DNA of 64,000 nucleotides, from NCBI GenBank assembly GCA_050084515.1, contig CM114271.1, positions 24,428,001 through 24,492,000 of the forward strand, written 5' to 3'. The position numbers were made by a program, and so were the translations under genes. The stretch is from Blasia pusilla (taxonomy: Eukaryota). Under the pieces are notes generated by a model, which was not told the DNA's origin, did not search any database, and saw nothing but the letters and a program-made list of their open reading frames with translations. Below are positions 16,780 through 30,800 of the stretch, piece after piece (positions within the stretch are counted from its first letter, which is position 1; the number at the start of each line of letters is the position of its first letter).

Positions 16780-16895
16780 TGTCGCGAATAGCTAAGTCTA
16801 TGATGCCCATGCAAGCATGGACCTAGGAATCGAATCATGATAACAGGTCCAAGGAGGAAAGACCTTGGTGTGACCCATCAAAGTGGCAACCTAGA
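16780..16895. repeat. Dispersed repeat, inverted homolog of 26520-26630
   Basis: GCTAAGTCTATG...AGACCTTGGTGTGACC here; the reverse complement occurs at about 26530-26617. Confidence 0.65.
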
Positions 16896-18232
16896 GTAGC
16901 TAGTCGCAAGGCTAGGAATGGCACTCGAACCGGGCGTGAGACTAACATTAGGCGAGATGCTTACATGTCTTGACTAGCCTTACGTGAGAAAAGGGCGTAG
17001 CTACTCGCGAGGACGAAGGCAAGGCAAGCGAAGTTTGAGACCTAGAGGCAAGCGCCCAGTCAACTAGAGATAAACACAAACTCTAGTTTCTCAATTGTAA
17101 GTGTTATAATAAACATTTCCGATGACTTCTTGGATTCTTTCATACATTTATGACACATGCCCAAGTTTTCTTACCTTTCCTTAAACACTTCTAATGTGAA
17201 ACAAATTTAAGAGTTGATTTACTGGGCTGAAACAATATATGCATCTTATGGCCAGGAGCCTAAACCTTTCCTTGGAAATTTAGGTGTTGTGGTTTTTCCT
17301 CTTCCAGTGATTGCATTGGATACATGAGACTTTCTTCCACATTCCAACATAGTAATGGATGATTACTTCTTTATTGTTTATTTGTTTCCTCTCCATACCC
17401 TTCCCAACCTGAAAATTTCCCACTCTATATCCTTTCTTAGGATTGAAAAAAGTCTCAAATTTCATATTTTTCAGTTTCTAACCATAGACTGTTTTTCCCT
17501 TTTCTCCTTATCATTTTTAAGTTCTTTGTTTTGAAAAAAAACCCCAATTTTCTTTACTAATAGATATATTTTCACTTTGTGTTTCATGATTTGTTAGTAA
17601 CAACTTAGACAAGAGAGCGTTCTCCTCCGCATCAAACTCAAGCATCTCTTCCCCATGTTCCCCTTTTATGCATTTCATGCATGCTTTCTCCGGCATACTA
17701 AGCTTGAAGATATGATTTTCAAAGTTCAAAATGTCATGAGACTTCCTTCCCATTCCATCCAAATACTTATCATTCTCAAAGTGTATTTATTGCATGATTA
17801 GATGAAACAACAATGGTGGAGGCCAAGTGTTTTTCCACATGGGTCACAAAGGTGATCGTGAAAAGAAGAAAAAAAAACTGGTACATGATAGTGACATTTG
17901 GAATGTTCCATGGGGGGTTAAATTTCACTTTATACCATATTGGAAATGAGAACCACCCCTCGTCGTGTAGCGAGGTTGGCATGCCCTAATGTTCCAAGAA
18001 TTGGATGGTGGTGATTTCAAAACCACCTCTCCATGTTTCACCTTATTTGTAAATACTTTTATTTTTCCTAAAAGTAGGAAACATATATATTCAACTCTAA
18101 AATTACATGGCAGAATATATTTGGTCCAAGATACCTTAATGTTCTTATAAAATCCAAGACCAATCATTCATCTAGTCACTCATCCAACAATCTCAAGTTT
18201 TTGGTCCACCTATCTCCACCAACGACTCTGAC

Positions 18233-18389
18233 CCAAGACCAACTGTTTGTTTGCTCATAAAATTGTCCCTCCACTTATGCACAGTCCCTCCTGCTTAAAT
18301 AACTCATTGAGTTATTGCTGACTGAGCCAAGACCAACTATTTGTTTGCTCATAGAATTGTCCCTCCACTTCATTGAGTTATTGCTGACT
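18233..18389. repeat. Local imperfect tandem duplication
   Basis: CCAAGACCAACT(G/A)TTTGTTTGCTCATA(A/G)AATTGTCCCTCCACTT at 18233 and 18327. CATTGAGTTATTGCTGACT at 18305 and 18371. Confidence 0.85.
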
Positions 18390-19970
18390 TACCGGATAGA
18401 CTCTCAACCAGCACTTGTGGCAAATGGCCAGTCTGGACTGACCTAACGATCTGTTCAATCTCAGAAATTAAAGATTCCGAATTTAGGGTGAACACAATTC
18501 CACTTCGGAATTCATTTTGGTATCCGTGTGCACTCACTTGTGTTGTGGACTAACCATCCTTAGCAGATCATGGCAACCCAACAGCCAGATCATTGTGATC
18601 CCTGCAGACTTACTGCCTTTTGGTAGTAACTCCCATATATAGAGATGGAAGAAGAAATTTCATGTTTGAAGCACATAGCTGAACATTCATATCTCACCTA
18701 CAAATTCCCCCTCGATACAATAAAAGTTCACTCAATTACAAACTGAACCGTTGAGGGCACTATTGTGATAAACGACAAAAAAGCTCGCACAGACAATCAA
18801 AAAAGTTTCCACTTACCATCCACACCACTTAATACTGACTCAGATTCCAATTTGCACTGATCTGAGGATCAGAAGTTTTCTCTTGGCTACTATATGGAGG
18901 TAGGAATAAGCAAATAGTGGATAAGGGAGCTAACAATCGCTCAATTTCAAGATGACTTCGTTTACATACGGGGACATGTGGTTTAGAAAGAAGTCCTCGA
19001 CTTGCATTTATTGCAAAAAAGCTCAGCAAGAAGAAAAAACGCCCCTCATATTCTTTACTGAACCCCTGCTGAAGACTACTGACTGAGAGGCCCATGTCCG
19101 CTGACTGAAAGATCACACATGGGTAAGTCCAATAACTGGCAGAATAGTTCTGTGAGTTGCCCTAACGTTCCTCAGAATCCTTATACACCCATGATCGGAG
19201 GTAGCATTCGCTAGCTTCAGGATGATATTGAGTTCGTCAGCAATAACCAAAACTGGCCTTCGTGAAAATTAAAAATTAAAAGGGATCAATCTTGGTTCTC
19301 CAATTTCCTTTCTATTTAATACCAATAAAAGGAGGACTACAATACATCATCGACATGTCAGTTGCTCAATCTGAGGTCTACTTCTGACTGGCATACTCGA
19401 TCAGCATGTCCTCATCTGTGAACCAAGAAGAATCTGACGATAACCACAAGCCGATGTACTTACATGTTGGATGTGAGTTCAAACCACATGATGCATTTTG
19501 TCCATCACTAATCCAATCTGGTCGGAAGTTTGACTCTTCATTTCACAGGAAGAAATTCCTGTCCAGTACTTCTCAAGCCCTCACAGTGCCACATCAATCT
19601 GTGGTACATGTGATTATGCCAACCCTGCCATATGTCGTGAATGTAACAGGCACCACAGTATGAAGTTGTAAATGAACATAGTGATGGCGAAGCGCCTGCA
19701 TCTGCGCTGATTCCGCTTGTTGGAAGGGAGTAGGTCTGTTCCTTTGGGAGGGAACTGAATGAAAAGTGTTCCTCATAGACTGAAGTGATGCATCATATAG
19801 GAGCACCATGTTTCATCTGTGAATCTTGTTCTCCCCCCACCCTGGATCCAAATATCACCCTTGAAGACCTCATCAGTGCAGTGGCAGTAATTTTGCAAGT
19901 TTGAGCAAAGTATATGTGGACTGGGCAGCAAAGAAATTACTCATCCCTGCAACCACTGTTGTTGATTTCC

Positions 19971-22866
19971 TTATGTTTCCAGCGGCAATGCTTCAATGTT
20001 CTTCAGATCAGTTGAATGCCTATAACCTTGCGGTACCTTTTGTGGATCCATTTTCCGGAAAGTGATAGATACCCTGCATACAACAAATGCCAAACTGTGA
20101 ATGCCGGTCATTTCTTAAAAAGGCTCTGACCTAAAAAAATCTCATCATACCAGAACTTAAGCACATTGATACTGTATTTCTTTATTTACATACCGCTTTG
20201 TTGGAACTGCTGGGACAGCATGCTTCGCTACATCCGCTCCATTGCCTTTCAGAACGAGTACTGAACTGTTATCTCCACCATAACAAAGATATACGTCAGT
20301 TACCCCACTCACAGAAGGTTCACATCAGCTTCCAGAACGTGTCAATGGGTATTCCTGGAGTACACAGGAGGACGGGTATCCAGTTCATGAAAGAGGGAGA
20401 AAGAACGATATTATGATTTACAATCCAATAGCTGCAGCATCGAAACAGAGAAAAAAATTGCAACTTCCAGAGCAAGAACTCACCCAACAGGCAGTGGAAT
20501 TGAAATTCGGCCGTCGAATTCTCCTGGTCCCACTATCTTCAACTCCGAGCCGAAAATTATATTACACTCACTGAGAAGTGATAAAGTGCAGAATGGTCTG
20601 ACAAAATCATGGTGATCAATGTGTGGTGGTATGCAGTCACCCTCATCATAGATATTAATGATGCAACTATCTGGTACACATGACTCTGGCAGTACATGCC
20701 AGCGGACCATGCGCCTTATAGTCGCCCTTAGGAGTGGTGGCAACGGATCAACCAATTCATTGTCCTGTATGATGCCTGGAGGGTTTCCATTTTTGTCCTG
20801 TAATTGAAAAGAGTTCAGTCCTGCCATCAGTTAACAGTTTATCTTCATCAACTTGTCACATCTGATGATTCCGAAGTCTTTCAGTGCATATTATCTGGTT
20901 TTCACCAGGATACAGAAGAGAACTAGAGAAGTCCTCACTGAATTTGTTCATGCCAATGTCACGTGTGCAGGGGTTTAAAGAGAATATTGCTAAACTCACC
21001 ACAGCATAATTATAGCAGCAACCAAATTGGATTGTCACCCGCCCTTTCCCCCTCATCCACTTCCGTGGTTCTGAATATGTTCGTTCTGTTTTCAACCAAA
21101 CCAGTGGACCCATGACCCGAACAACAATTGGACAATCTGAATCAAAGCTGGATGGCTTACAATTCAAAGAAAACCTTTCAAACGTAAGCGAATGCGGAAC
21201 AAAAGTATAGAAGCAAGATGACACAAGTGGAAAGTAAAAGATAAAAACCTAACAGGGGCAAATGCAACCGCAGATACATCAGCAACGTTAATATTCTCTG
21301 ATTCTGCCAACACAGAAGCAGCACGAAGGCAGGCATACCTCTCAGTCGTTTCTTACGACCTTTCTCCTGAAGTTCGTAGATAAGTTCAAGAAGTCGTGCT
21401 TGCTCTTTAGCACTGAATACGCCTTTATGAAGCTCAAGACCCTCAGTCACGTTGACACGTTTGCCGCGAATTCGTTCTATACATTCGAAGTCTTTCTTAC
21501 GTTCCACCGCCATAAAGCGCAAGCTCTCCCTCTGCTCTTTCGACAGAAAAGGAACACCTTTGATATGCCCAGGGGTTATGTCATCCTCCAACCCTGATGC
21601 GCTCTCGTTATCCCTGGATGGAGTTGGCAGCAAACCTGGGCGTCCCGGCTGCTGGATCCCTGAATTCCGGTCGTCACTTTTGAAGGGAGTTGGCAGTAAG
21701 CCTGGGCTTCCACTGTAAAGTACACGGTTATTAGGAGTTCGGACCACACTGCGATCGACAGTTGTTCCAGGACTGGGAAGAGCCACATTTGCCCAAGCGA
21801 ACTGAAATCTGTCATTCTGAAATGCCCGAGACGAGACACCAACAGCATTGTGATTAGTCTCTTCCCTGACTTCGCGCTCGCGAGATGCAGCTTTTGGAGA
21901 GTCGTAGTCATAGGCACGATCGTCCCGGACTTGTACTGAATCCTCCTCGGCCTCTGAACTTGATGACCGTTCTTCGCTCCAGAGCTTAGGTTTATCTACA
22001 TGCGGAGCGGTGTAAGAGCTGCTTCTCCCGTCGGTGGTTGTTTGAGATTCGCTGCAAACAGTGCTGACGAGATCTGTACTTGTTTCCTCAGCAGCTTTGA
22101 ATTTACCTGTATGACAAGAGAATACAAGCACCAGTTTCGATCACCAGCAAGAATTACGCTGACAACCAACAGAATTCTAGATAGAACAAATTAAAGTGAA
22201 CCGTTTTGAAAATAGTTTGGCGATACTCTACAAAAATCGGACTTAGGTTGCCCATGAGACAAGGAAACGTCGTGCGCACGACGAACAAGTCATCAGCAGC
22301 TCTATCGTCGATTGAAATCAACCTGGAGAGGAATTGCAGTGCTGGAAACCGTACAGTTACCGAGCTTGAAAGAGCGAATGCTAAATTTTCAATCCTGAAC
22401 CTAAGGACACATGTAGTTGGGAGATTGGAGCAACCAAGCGATACCTGATCAAAATCTCCAATTCCGCACCTCGAGGAACGGAAATATCAAAAGCTAGAGA
22501 CAATTTCAAACGCACATCCAACCCAGAGGGCAGTTGAAAAGCTGCAGCAGAAGTCAATGATTGTGTGGCAGACTGGATAAACAGAAATCTCGCTTGTCAA
22601 TTGACGCGTTCCGGTCTAGGAGTGCAATTTCCTATAGATCTACCACGGATCATTCAGGAAAATCCCGCACCTGAAACAGAAAGTTGCGAGAGCCGTTGCT
22701 CTACGACCGCCAGACAACGCTCGCACAAATCCTCGAAAAGGTGAGAAGCCGTTCGTGACAGCACGATCGCTGCATTGCGCACTTCTTCGTCGTTCTTATT
22801 ACTCTCTGCAGCATCAGCGGCTTTCTGTCCACTCTCTGCAATTTCACTGTGTTCCGTCTCCGCCAT
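19971..22866 (-). CDS. ALKBH9: AlkB-family 2OG-Fe(II) dioxygenase, RNA m6A demethylase of the ALKBH9/ALKBH5 type (6 exons, 512 aa)
   Basis: Exons 22671-22866, 21339-22106, 21000-21085, 20484-20797, 20194-20265 and 19971-20073. All introns are GT-AG, phases are consistent and the total is 1539 nt. Motifs: GLELHKGVFS, PRKWMRGKGRVTIQFGCCYNYAVD, PDSCIINIYDEGDCIPPHIDHHDF (HxD), KHAVP (distal His), RVSITFR (2OG-binding arginines). Confidence 0.93.
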
Positions 22867-25260
22867 CGTAACCCTGAAGTTCGTATTCCTTCCGACTCTT
22901 CCTCCTCCCGACTCATTGTTTGTTCGAACACCTTTCGTGGGGTCCGTAAGGTACCGAATTCCACCGCAGCCATTTCAGCGCCTCACGCGCCGGCTTCCGA
23001 CGCTCTTCCTCTCACGGGGAGGCACAGCGACGCACGCAGTCCCGTGGTACTTACAACGCAGTCGCCACTTCCGCGACGACGCCGGGGAGGGAACCGCCAT
23101 CCGCGTGTGAGGGATTTTCGTCGACGGTCCTCCACGGGACGACTGAGGAGTCAGGACGCTCCATGAGGACCGGCTCCCATGCGGCCCTGGGTCTCAAGTT
23201 CTCAACGACCGAGCGTGCTGGCAGTCGGGGATGGAGTTGGGAGGTCTCTTGATTGTAATCGGACCCTTTTTATTCAAGCTCTATGTTTCTTTTCTTTCCT
23301 TAAGGAAGTTCGTAGCCACGGACTTCGAGCCCAATTTTTTATTATGTCATATAGGGCAGGTCCCGATCGGGCAAGTTTTGGGTTGCGGACTCCATCATCA
23401 AGATGGCCTCTGCAAGGACTGAAATTTAACGGATCGAAAACTGGTTTTTGGTCCATCCTTGCCGCAAAAATCACGGCGTGGAAATTCCAAAGTCGATTTT
23501 TCTATTGCATACATGCTGTAGTTTGTTTCCGATAAATCTTGTGTGATTGCGGGTGCAATGGCCTGTAAATATCATCACACAAGGACATAGGACTTCCGTG
23601 ACCCATCGTCGCGGTTTGCATGGGGACAAGCCCTTAGATGCCATCCCCATGGAGACCGCTACGCAAGGTCCCATTGATTCTAGGCAGACGGTCATATATT
23701 TGGTCAAGCGAGAAATCCATCCATTGTCAAGCTTGCTCTACCAACGTTTGGCTATGATGGGGCTATGTAACCATATGCAGGAAATTCCTTCATTAGGTAG
23801 CAGCAATTCTTTTTAAAAAAAGAAGGTACAGGCTACAGTCGTTCTATCAAGGAGGGATCGTCCCTATTTTTTTTTGCGTCATAAATTTCTTGGCGTAGAA
23901 GGACCAAATACCGGCCTTTGATCCGTGGAGTGACAACCGTTGACCCTAGATCGGAAGGATCCTGCGACAATATATGGAAGTGATCCATTGGGACCTACTC
24001 TTAGAGTGCGGGCAAGAGAGGGAGGTAGATGCTCACCTCCTTCCGTTTGGATCTATTTTGGACATTCAGGTTAGATTCTTAACTACTTAGTTCTCACCTT
24101 ACATAAAATAAGGGATGTACTGCATAAATACATCAACTTGTAAAATGGAAGAGACCCTATGATGTAGAAACAAGCCATCCTCCTTTTGCAATCAAGGACC
24201 CAAAAGACACCTTGATGCTTACATTTTGTGAATGTGAAGCTCTACTTCTTGAAGTAGTTTGTTCTATTCTACCCTCGTTTCTCAACCCTTTAAACGATGA
24301 TAATTACTGATGTATTACCTGTGAAAGTATCCCAATGACAAGGTCGTTCAATTGTGGCCTACTTTTATTGGGCGCAAACATTTTCCAAAATCCAATTCTT
24401 CTCGGACATCGTGAGCCATTAGATCAAAGTGGATTGGGATAATCCAGCAAGTTGTCACGACTCTAGACCACATATATGGGACTAGGTACTAAGGTCCGTT
24501 TGGTCAAGAAAACCCTTGGGATTGTTGAATTTTGGGTTATTAGGCACAAAAATATTCTAGAAATGTCAATTTTCTTGTGTTGTTTGGAGGAAAAATGTTT
24601 GGTCACAATACACTCATTTTGACAAAATGTTCCCCATTGCCATTAGGACTTCCTTGGTTGAAAAAAGACTCTGTATGCTCCTTATGTCTTATGGCTTATT
24701 TCATGTTTCACGGACGGAACACCTAAAGGTTCTTTTTGTTGGTACTTATAATTTTTCTAGCGATCTTTGATATTTTTTGATGTTGGTGAAGTTAGACTTC
24801 AAGGGTTCTCCTTATTTCTTCGCCCTTGGTCTTTGAGTTCCTTGAGTCTCACTATCCCCCTTCCTTGTACTTTCTTTATGTTTCCCCATGTTCTTTTGTT
24901 CATGTCATGTATTTTCGTTTACTTTAGTACAGTCATGTCTCGTAATAAGATTTGCTTCAAGTAGATTTATGTGGATGTAAAATATTAGGGACCAATAAGA
25001 TTATGTGATCATTTCTTCATTGAACCTTACAAAGCCATCTCTCATTACTTTGGTGATATTATGAAGGGAACTCATTATAGAGATATTTTGTGTTGCAGGA
25101 TCAGAGTAATTAGTTGCAAGCCATCATATAATAGTAGCCTCCCTCTTAAAATGATATCCTCGCAAGTCTTGAGTGGTTTCCTATGTTAGGAGATGAGGGA
25201 TTATGTAAGGATTTGACCTTGTATAGATCTGTTGAGAGCATAGTAATTAGTACCTCAAGA

Positions 25261-25645
25261 CACGTCTTGAACGGTTCCTTAGCTTTGATCTTATGTTGCA
25301 CCAAGCGTATCATGACTTTTCGGTCTAGATCAATTGAGCTTAAAGTATAACTTGAGACCTGGACCAAGATCAAAGCTAAAGAACCGTTCAAGATGTATCA
25401 ACTTTGATACAAGCTTAAAGGGTAACCCGAAACATGGACTAAGATCAAAGCTAAGGAACCGTTCAAGACGCACTCGCTTTGATCTTATGTTGCATAGAAG
25501 CTTGCATTAAACTAATCACGTACAAGTTCTCCTTATTTCTTTGCATCCAAACACACCCATATTAGCCACGATTTGGGTCAACTAACCTTTCATCTCCCGA
25601 GTCCAGGTCTTGAGTTATCCTTAAAGCTTAATTGATCTAGACCAT
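25261..25645. repeat. Cluster of interleaved direct and inverted repeats
   Basis: GTCTTGAACGGTTCCTTAGCTTTGATCTT (from 25264) is inverted at about 25366 and 25441. GGTCTAGATCAATT...AGACCTGGAC (from 25322) is inverted at about 25601-25643. Confidence 0.85.
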
Positions 25646-27899
25646 AGGAAAATACCAACCTAAACCTCACTCCCCAATATGAGCAAATCATTTAAGACTT
25701 AGGATAGATTTCCTTAATAGTCTACGGAACTGAAATGGCGCTAGCACTCTAGACAATCCCAACTACTTAATAGACCTCGATCAAGTCTCTAACTAGGACT
25801 TAATATTTGAGTCATGGGTGAAGGTCTAAGGTTGGTATCCATAAGTGATCCACCTGGACTTGCCTTGGAATCAAAATCCCAATGCTCATCTCTCAATCCA
25901 TCCCATGTCCTTGATTTACCTCCATGATTTATAAGGTTGGATTCAGATTTCAAACACCCTTAGAGACCCTCCCCTTTATATGTAGTTTTAAAGATCTATA
26001 CCCCTTCCTACATCTAAGGAAGTCCTCTTGGGCCGCTCCTAATTGCCTCAACCCACCTATCATTTTGATAATTTGGAAATGGTTTCCATACCTTTGCTCT
26101 TCTATTTTTTCGGATTTTTAGTGCATTAGAATTAGATTCTTATAAGCTTTCTAACACCACCTTATTCATTCCAAATATATCTTAGGTCTAGCCGTTATGA
26201 CCTCAAACATAAAGAATCCCTAGGTTTTTGTCTCCTTGACGTCCAACTCTTATGGGACTTGAGGTCTTCCCAAGTTATGCGCGAGGTTGGGTCTCACTAT
26301 GCATGTGCTAGGTCACATCCCAATCATCTGAGATGCCCATCAAGGCTTGTGTCTCGCTTGTGCAACTCATGTCTCACTCGTGAGAATCAAATGCGCTTTC
26401 ATCCTAGTATGAGCCCACTAGAGTTTTGATGTTCTATGTTGGTGCTCATTTGGTTGTGAGGCGCACGACAAGCATGTTCCGTCATCCACTTTAGTCTTGC
26501 GACTAATCAGTCTAGGTTTTGGATTTGGTAGGTCACACCAAGGTCTCCCTTCCTCTTACCCACACTCGTGACTTGCTTCCCAGGCCCTTGCTAACGTGAA
26601 CGCCATAGACTTAGCTATTTGCAACGACTAGGGCTCTTAATAAGGCAATTCAAATTCCCCCCTCCTTGAAAGGAATTTACTCTTGTCCCAGTCATACTTT
26701 TTCATTTAAAATCAAAGTAAAACTTTCTCATTTCGCCAACTCCACTCAAGATGATACCTAATGTCATTAAGCCATATCCACTCTCCACCATGAAGGAATT
26801 TGGACTCTTATACCCTAGATTCTACCAATTCTTAGAGGAAGGAGTGGTTCCAAGCCTCAACATGAAAAGGAAAAAAGAGCCATCTCCTCATCTTATATAC
26901 CCTTGGGGAGAGCAAAAATTAACACCCCTACTAGCGTAATTCAAATGTTCCTTTGCGTGGTGCACACATCAGTCCTCACTAGATATGAGTCATTTTAAAT
27001 TCTCTCCAACATGGGTGACAATAAAGGTAGTGTAAGGTCTGACTAATGCATCATCGTGTTATACATATCCAACACGTATTTTTTTTTAAATAGGCGTTGT
27101 ACTCAATGTAGCAAAATTGTAGAGTTGCAAAGAGACAATAGAAGAAGCACCAATTGCTTTAGTGACTAACATAGATTTCATCAAATTTTGATGGAGGTGG
27201 ATGGTGTGGATATTATGGCCCATAATTTTCCCAAGTATATTTATGACAAGGTGTGATGTACTTATGGACACAATCAACTGGTGCATGGATGTTTCTTTTG
27301 GGGGACAAAGATCAATGCTCTAGAAAGTGTTTTTCATGGAGCAAGAAGGCATGTCCTCTCACCCTTAACATCCCTTCCATGTATTTTAAATGTTGGTGGT
27401 ACTTCATAGATGCCAAAAAAATTGTGTTTTTTGACGAATCATATGAGAGAAAATAGATCATATAAGCACACTAGCAAAGAACATGACCTTCATGCAATTA
27501 TTGTTGATTTTCTAAAAGAAGTAAAAGAAGTAAAAGATGTGAGAGAAGCTTGTATGAAGCAGGGGCCACAGTGAAAGTGGTGGTGGCCCAAACGGAGAAA
27601 TTTTATCAACTTATCTCAGAAGGTTATTAGGGTACTCATAATATTGTTGAATAATGTTATGTTTGCAAATAGTTAATCGGATCAGTTTTATGACATTGCC
27701 ATCCCCAAGACTGGTTTTAGGGATTCTCAACTTTGAAGGTTTGTAAATGAAGGATTTTGTTAGAGTCGACACCTATCTTCTAGGATATATTTGGCATCCG
27801 ATGCTATATTCAATAGGAATGACGCTAAACATACTTGTAGAGACCACTTATCGTGTGCATACACATTTTTAATCACATCTACACAACAAACATCATCGA

Positions 27900-30800
27900 T
27901 CTTCCCAAAACACATATACATACAAAAAACTACTCATGCATGTACATCAAGACCACATTGTCACCCCCCTAAGTGACCCTTGGGTCTCCTTAATCTAAGT
28001 TGCACACATCATATCAACATGACACGCTCTACTTCTCTATACACATTTGGAATATAACCATCATCCTTGAGGATTCACATCAGGAGGAGGGGTTGAGAAA
28101 TAATATGTGATATCTTTTAGAACAACCATCACACACCAACATGGTGGATGTACTCCTTGCATATCCTCACAACATACATATCAAGCCCATATGTACCTTT
28201 ACCTCGAATCCACCTCGTCATATGGCATGATAAGACTCATGGTGCGATCTCATCTCTCTTAACATAGAGGTAGTGATGCATATGTATGTCAACCTACAAC
28301 ACCACACCTAACCAAATCAAAGTAAAAATGGCTCATACGGCTAACTCTGCTCGTGAATCAACATACACATATCAAGCCATATCTACCCTATACCAAGAGG
28401 AAACCTGGAATTTGGCACTTCAACTCCTAGCAAACCCTAAAACATAAAAATTATCCAAAGGCTTGGCACAAAAAATATTTCCTCTACAAGCTATTTCTCT
28501 CGCCTATATGCCCATGGGAAGAGCCAAAATATCTTACCCCAAAAATAGCCAAAAATCAATAACATGCGTGCAAGGGTTATTGGGTGATCGTTGACTCAAT
28601 CAATGCATCACTTGATCCAAAATGGCAAAAGAGAGGGATTTTCCTAAATGAAAATCTTGATGCAACGGAGGTGTTTCCAACCTCATCCGACACCTCAAGA
28701 ATAATTTATGCATGGAAAATGTGTAGACTCTCTTTATCGTTGACACGGTAGAATTCTACCTATTGACTAACTAAGATATGACACGCTATTGCATCTTGCT
28801 TGCCCAGATGATAGTTGTCATTCAAAAGTGGCCATGAGAACTAGAGAGTATCAAAATTTGTGGAAGTAGCTAAAAGATAGTGAGAGCCAATTTATTAAAA
28901 CTCAAGGTATCTATGTAGAATATGTGCCCAAAACTAGGAACATTTCATAAATTTCCCATACTTTAGGACCTATACAATCTAGCATTTACAAGTTAAGAAT
29001 TCCCACCAGAGATTTAGTTGTACATCAACTTTCATCTTTGCCTTCCGAGGACACTCTAAGCCCACTCAATGCATCCTTAAAGAACCTCTCATTTCCTTGA
29101 GGTTGATTTTAGCATGGCCAATATATATTCTACCCAATGCCTATGCCCACACTATGCTAAAATCATGCCTTGAAAATCCCAATTTGATCAAGCGATCTTC
29201 TCTTTTAGAGTTGACATTGATGTTTCTTTGTTCAAGAACATCTACATACTTGATATTCTAGCCACGGTATTTTCCTTGAGTTGAATCTTGTCTTCCCCAC
29301 ACATTTAATGCAAAACATCCTCTAGTCTCACCTCCAAATGATTCATTCACAATTGGATGATTCTCTCATCAAGCAGACATTCCTCTTCTATGATTGTCAT
29401 GTCCTCCTCCTCAGGAAATTTTTTTCATTTTGAGTCCCATCCTGAAATTACTAAGTGACAAAGTCACAAGCATTTTACTACTCACCCAATTACCATAAGG
29501 AAAAATGCCATTATACTTGATAATTTTCCAATATCTTGCTTAATGCAATAATATTATCTAAGAATCCAACCATAATGATTATCCATCGATTATTATTATA
29601 GTTTGAGGGCCTATTCGTAGGCACCATATGCAATAAGCCACCAACCTATCATTTTTTTCGATCATAAAAATATCTTCCTCAAATTGAAGAGTAGTCGTTT
29701 AGGGCACTTCCTGTTCTCTAAATGGCACGCATGGACACCAACTACCTTTAGCACAAAGGGAATAATGGATTTGACATAGAATTGCTGGAAATATAAATAG
29801 TCTCTTAAAAATGGTAGAGTCTAGGTCCCAAATATCCCAAGGAGTGATGGTAGGGTCCTCCTTCACCACCTGAATGAATGTTGGAATCACGTAGAAGACA
29901 ACTCGTACGCCCCCATTTATCCAATCCGGACATATTTTCTTGGATCTCCAAGCAAGAAAGTAGGTTGTTTGCTTTATGTAATTTTTTGGAAGAACATTTA
30001 CAAGCCTAACCACGTAGATGTTGGTCAACATTGATTTACATCCTTGTCTCCTAAAGTCATAGGAATCCTCTTGGATTTTTGGGTACGTAGGACCCCTTAA
30101 TGTATGAATGTGACACAAACATGTGTGCTTCAAGTTGGACACAATTATCTCCCATCATCACAGTTCTTTTGGTGCTAGCAATGTACAATTCACAACTATG
30201 CTCTATATTGGGCCCTTCTTGGCCCGACCTTTTCTAGATACATGTACATAGCAAACTAACAACTTGCTCCATTTTTTGGAGTAAAGAATTTCCTTCTTTC
30301 AATCGGTGCTTGCCCAAGCTTCTCTACATAGAAATGTCCCAATGTACCAATGGTTATATGAATATATTGAATATTGGTTGGTTAATCCTCTTATGATGTT
30401 ATGGATCCCATGGTGCCTCTATTTCAAAAGGAACCAGTGGTGTTCTAGGGTCCGGAACATGTTGAATTTTACCCCAAAAAATCTCCCATCTGAATGTGTA
30501 CGACTTCTTGGCAAAAGCTCTTGTCTCTTTCTTCCCTAAAAAAAATTTTAAATAGTTTCCAATGGATACCCATTGGGTTTAGGCATAGGTGCATATTCAT
30601 TGAAATGAGTTCTTGTTCATGGCTCCACGTGATTAAGCACACATGCATATTCATTAAGATTAGCCACCATTCAATGGTCATAGTGTTTAGGTGTTAATGA
30701 TTATTGAGAGTCACAAATCTCCCTTGAATGCTCTCTCCTTATTAAGGCGTTGCAAAAATATGTATATTCACTATGATTGGCCGTTGCTATGGAATCTTTA

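Noticed and set aside
21400-23535. Plus-strand ORFs over and upstream of ALKBH9
   Set aside because: No recognisable motifs; consistent with antisense shadows in GC-richer exon and promoter sequence.
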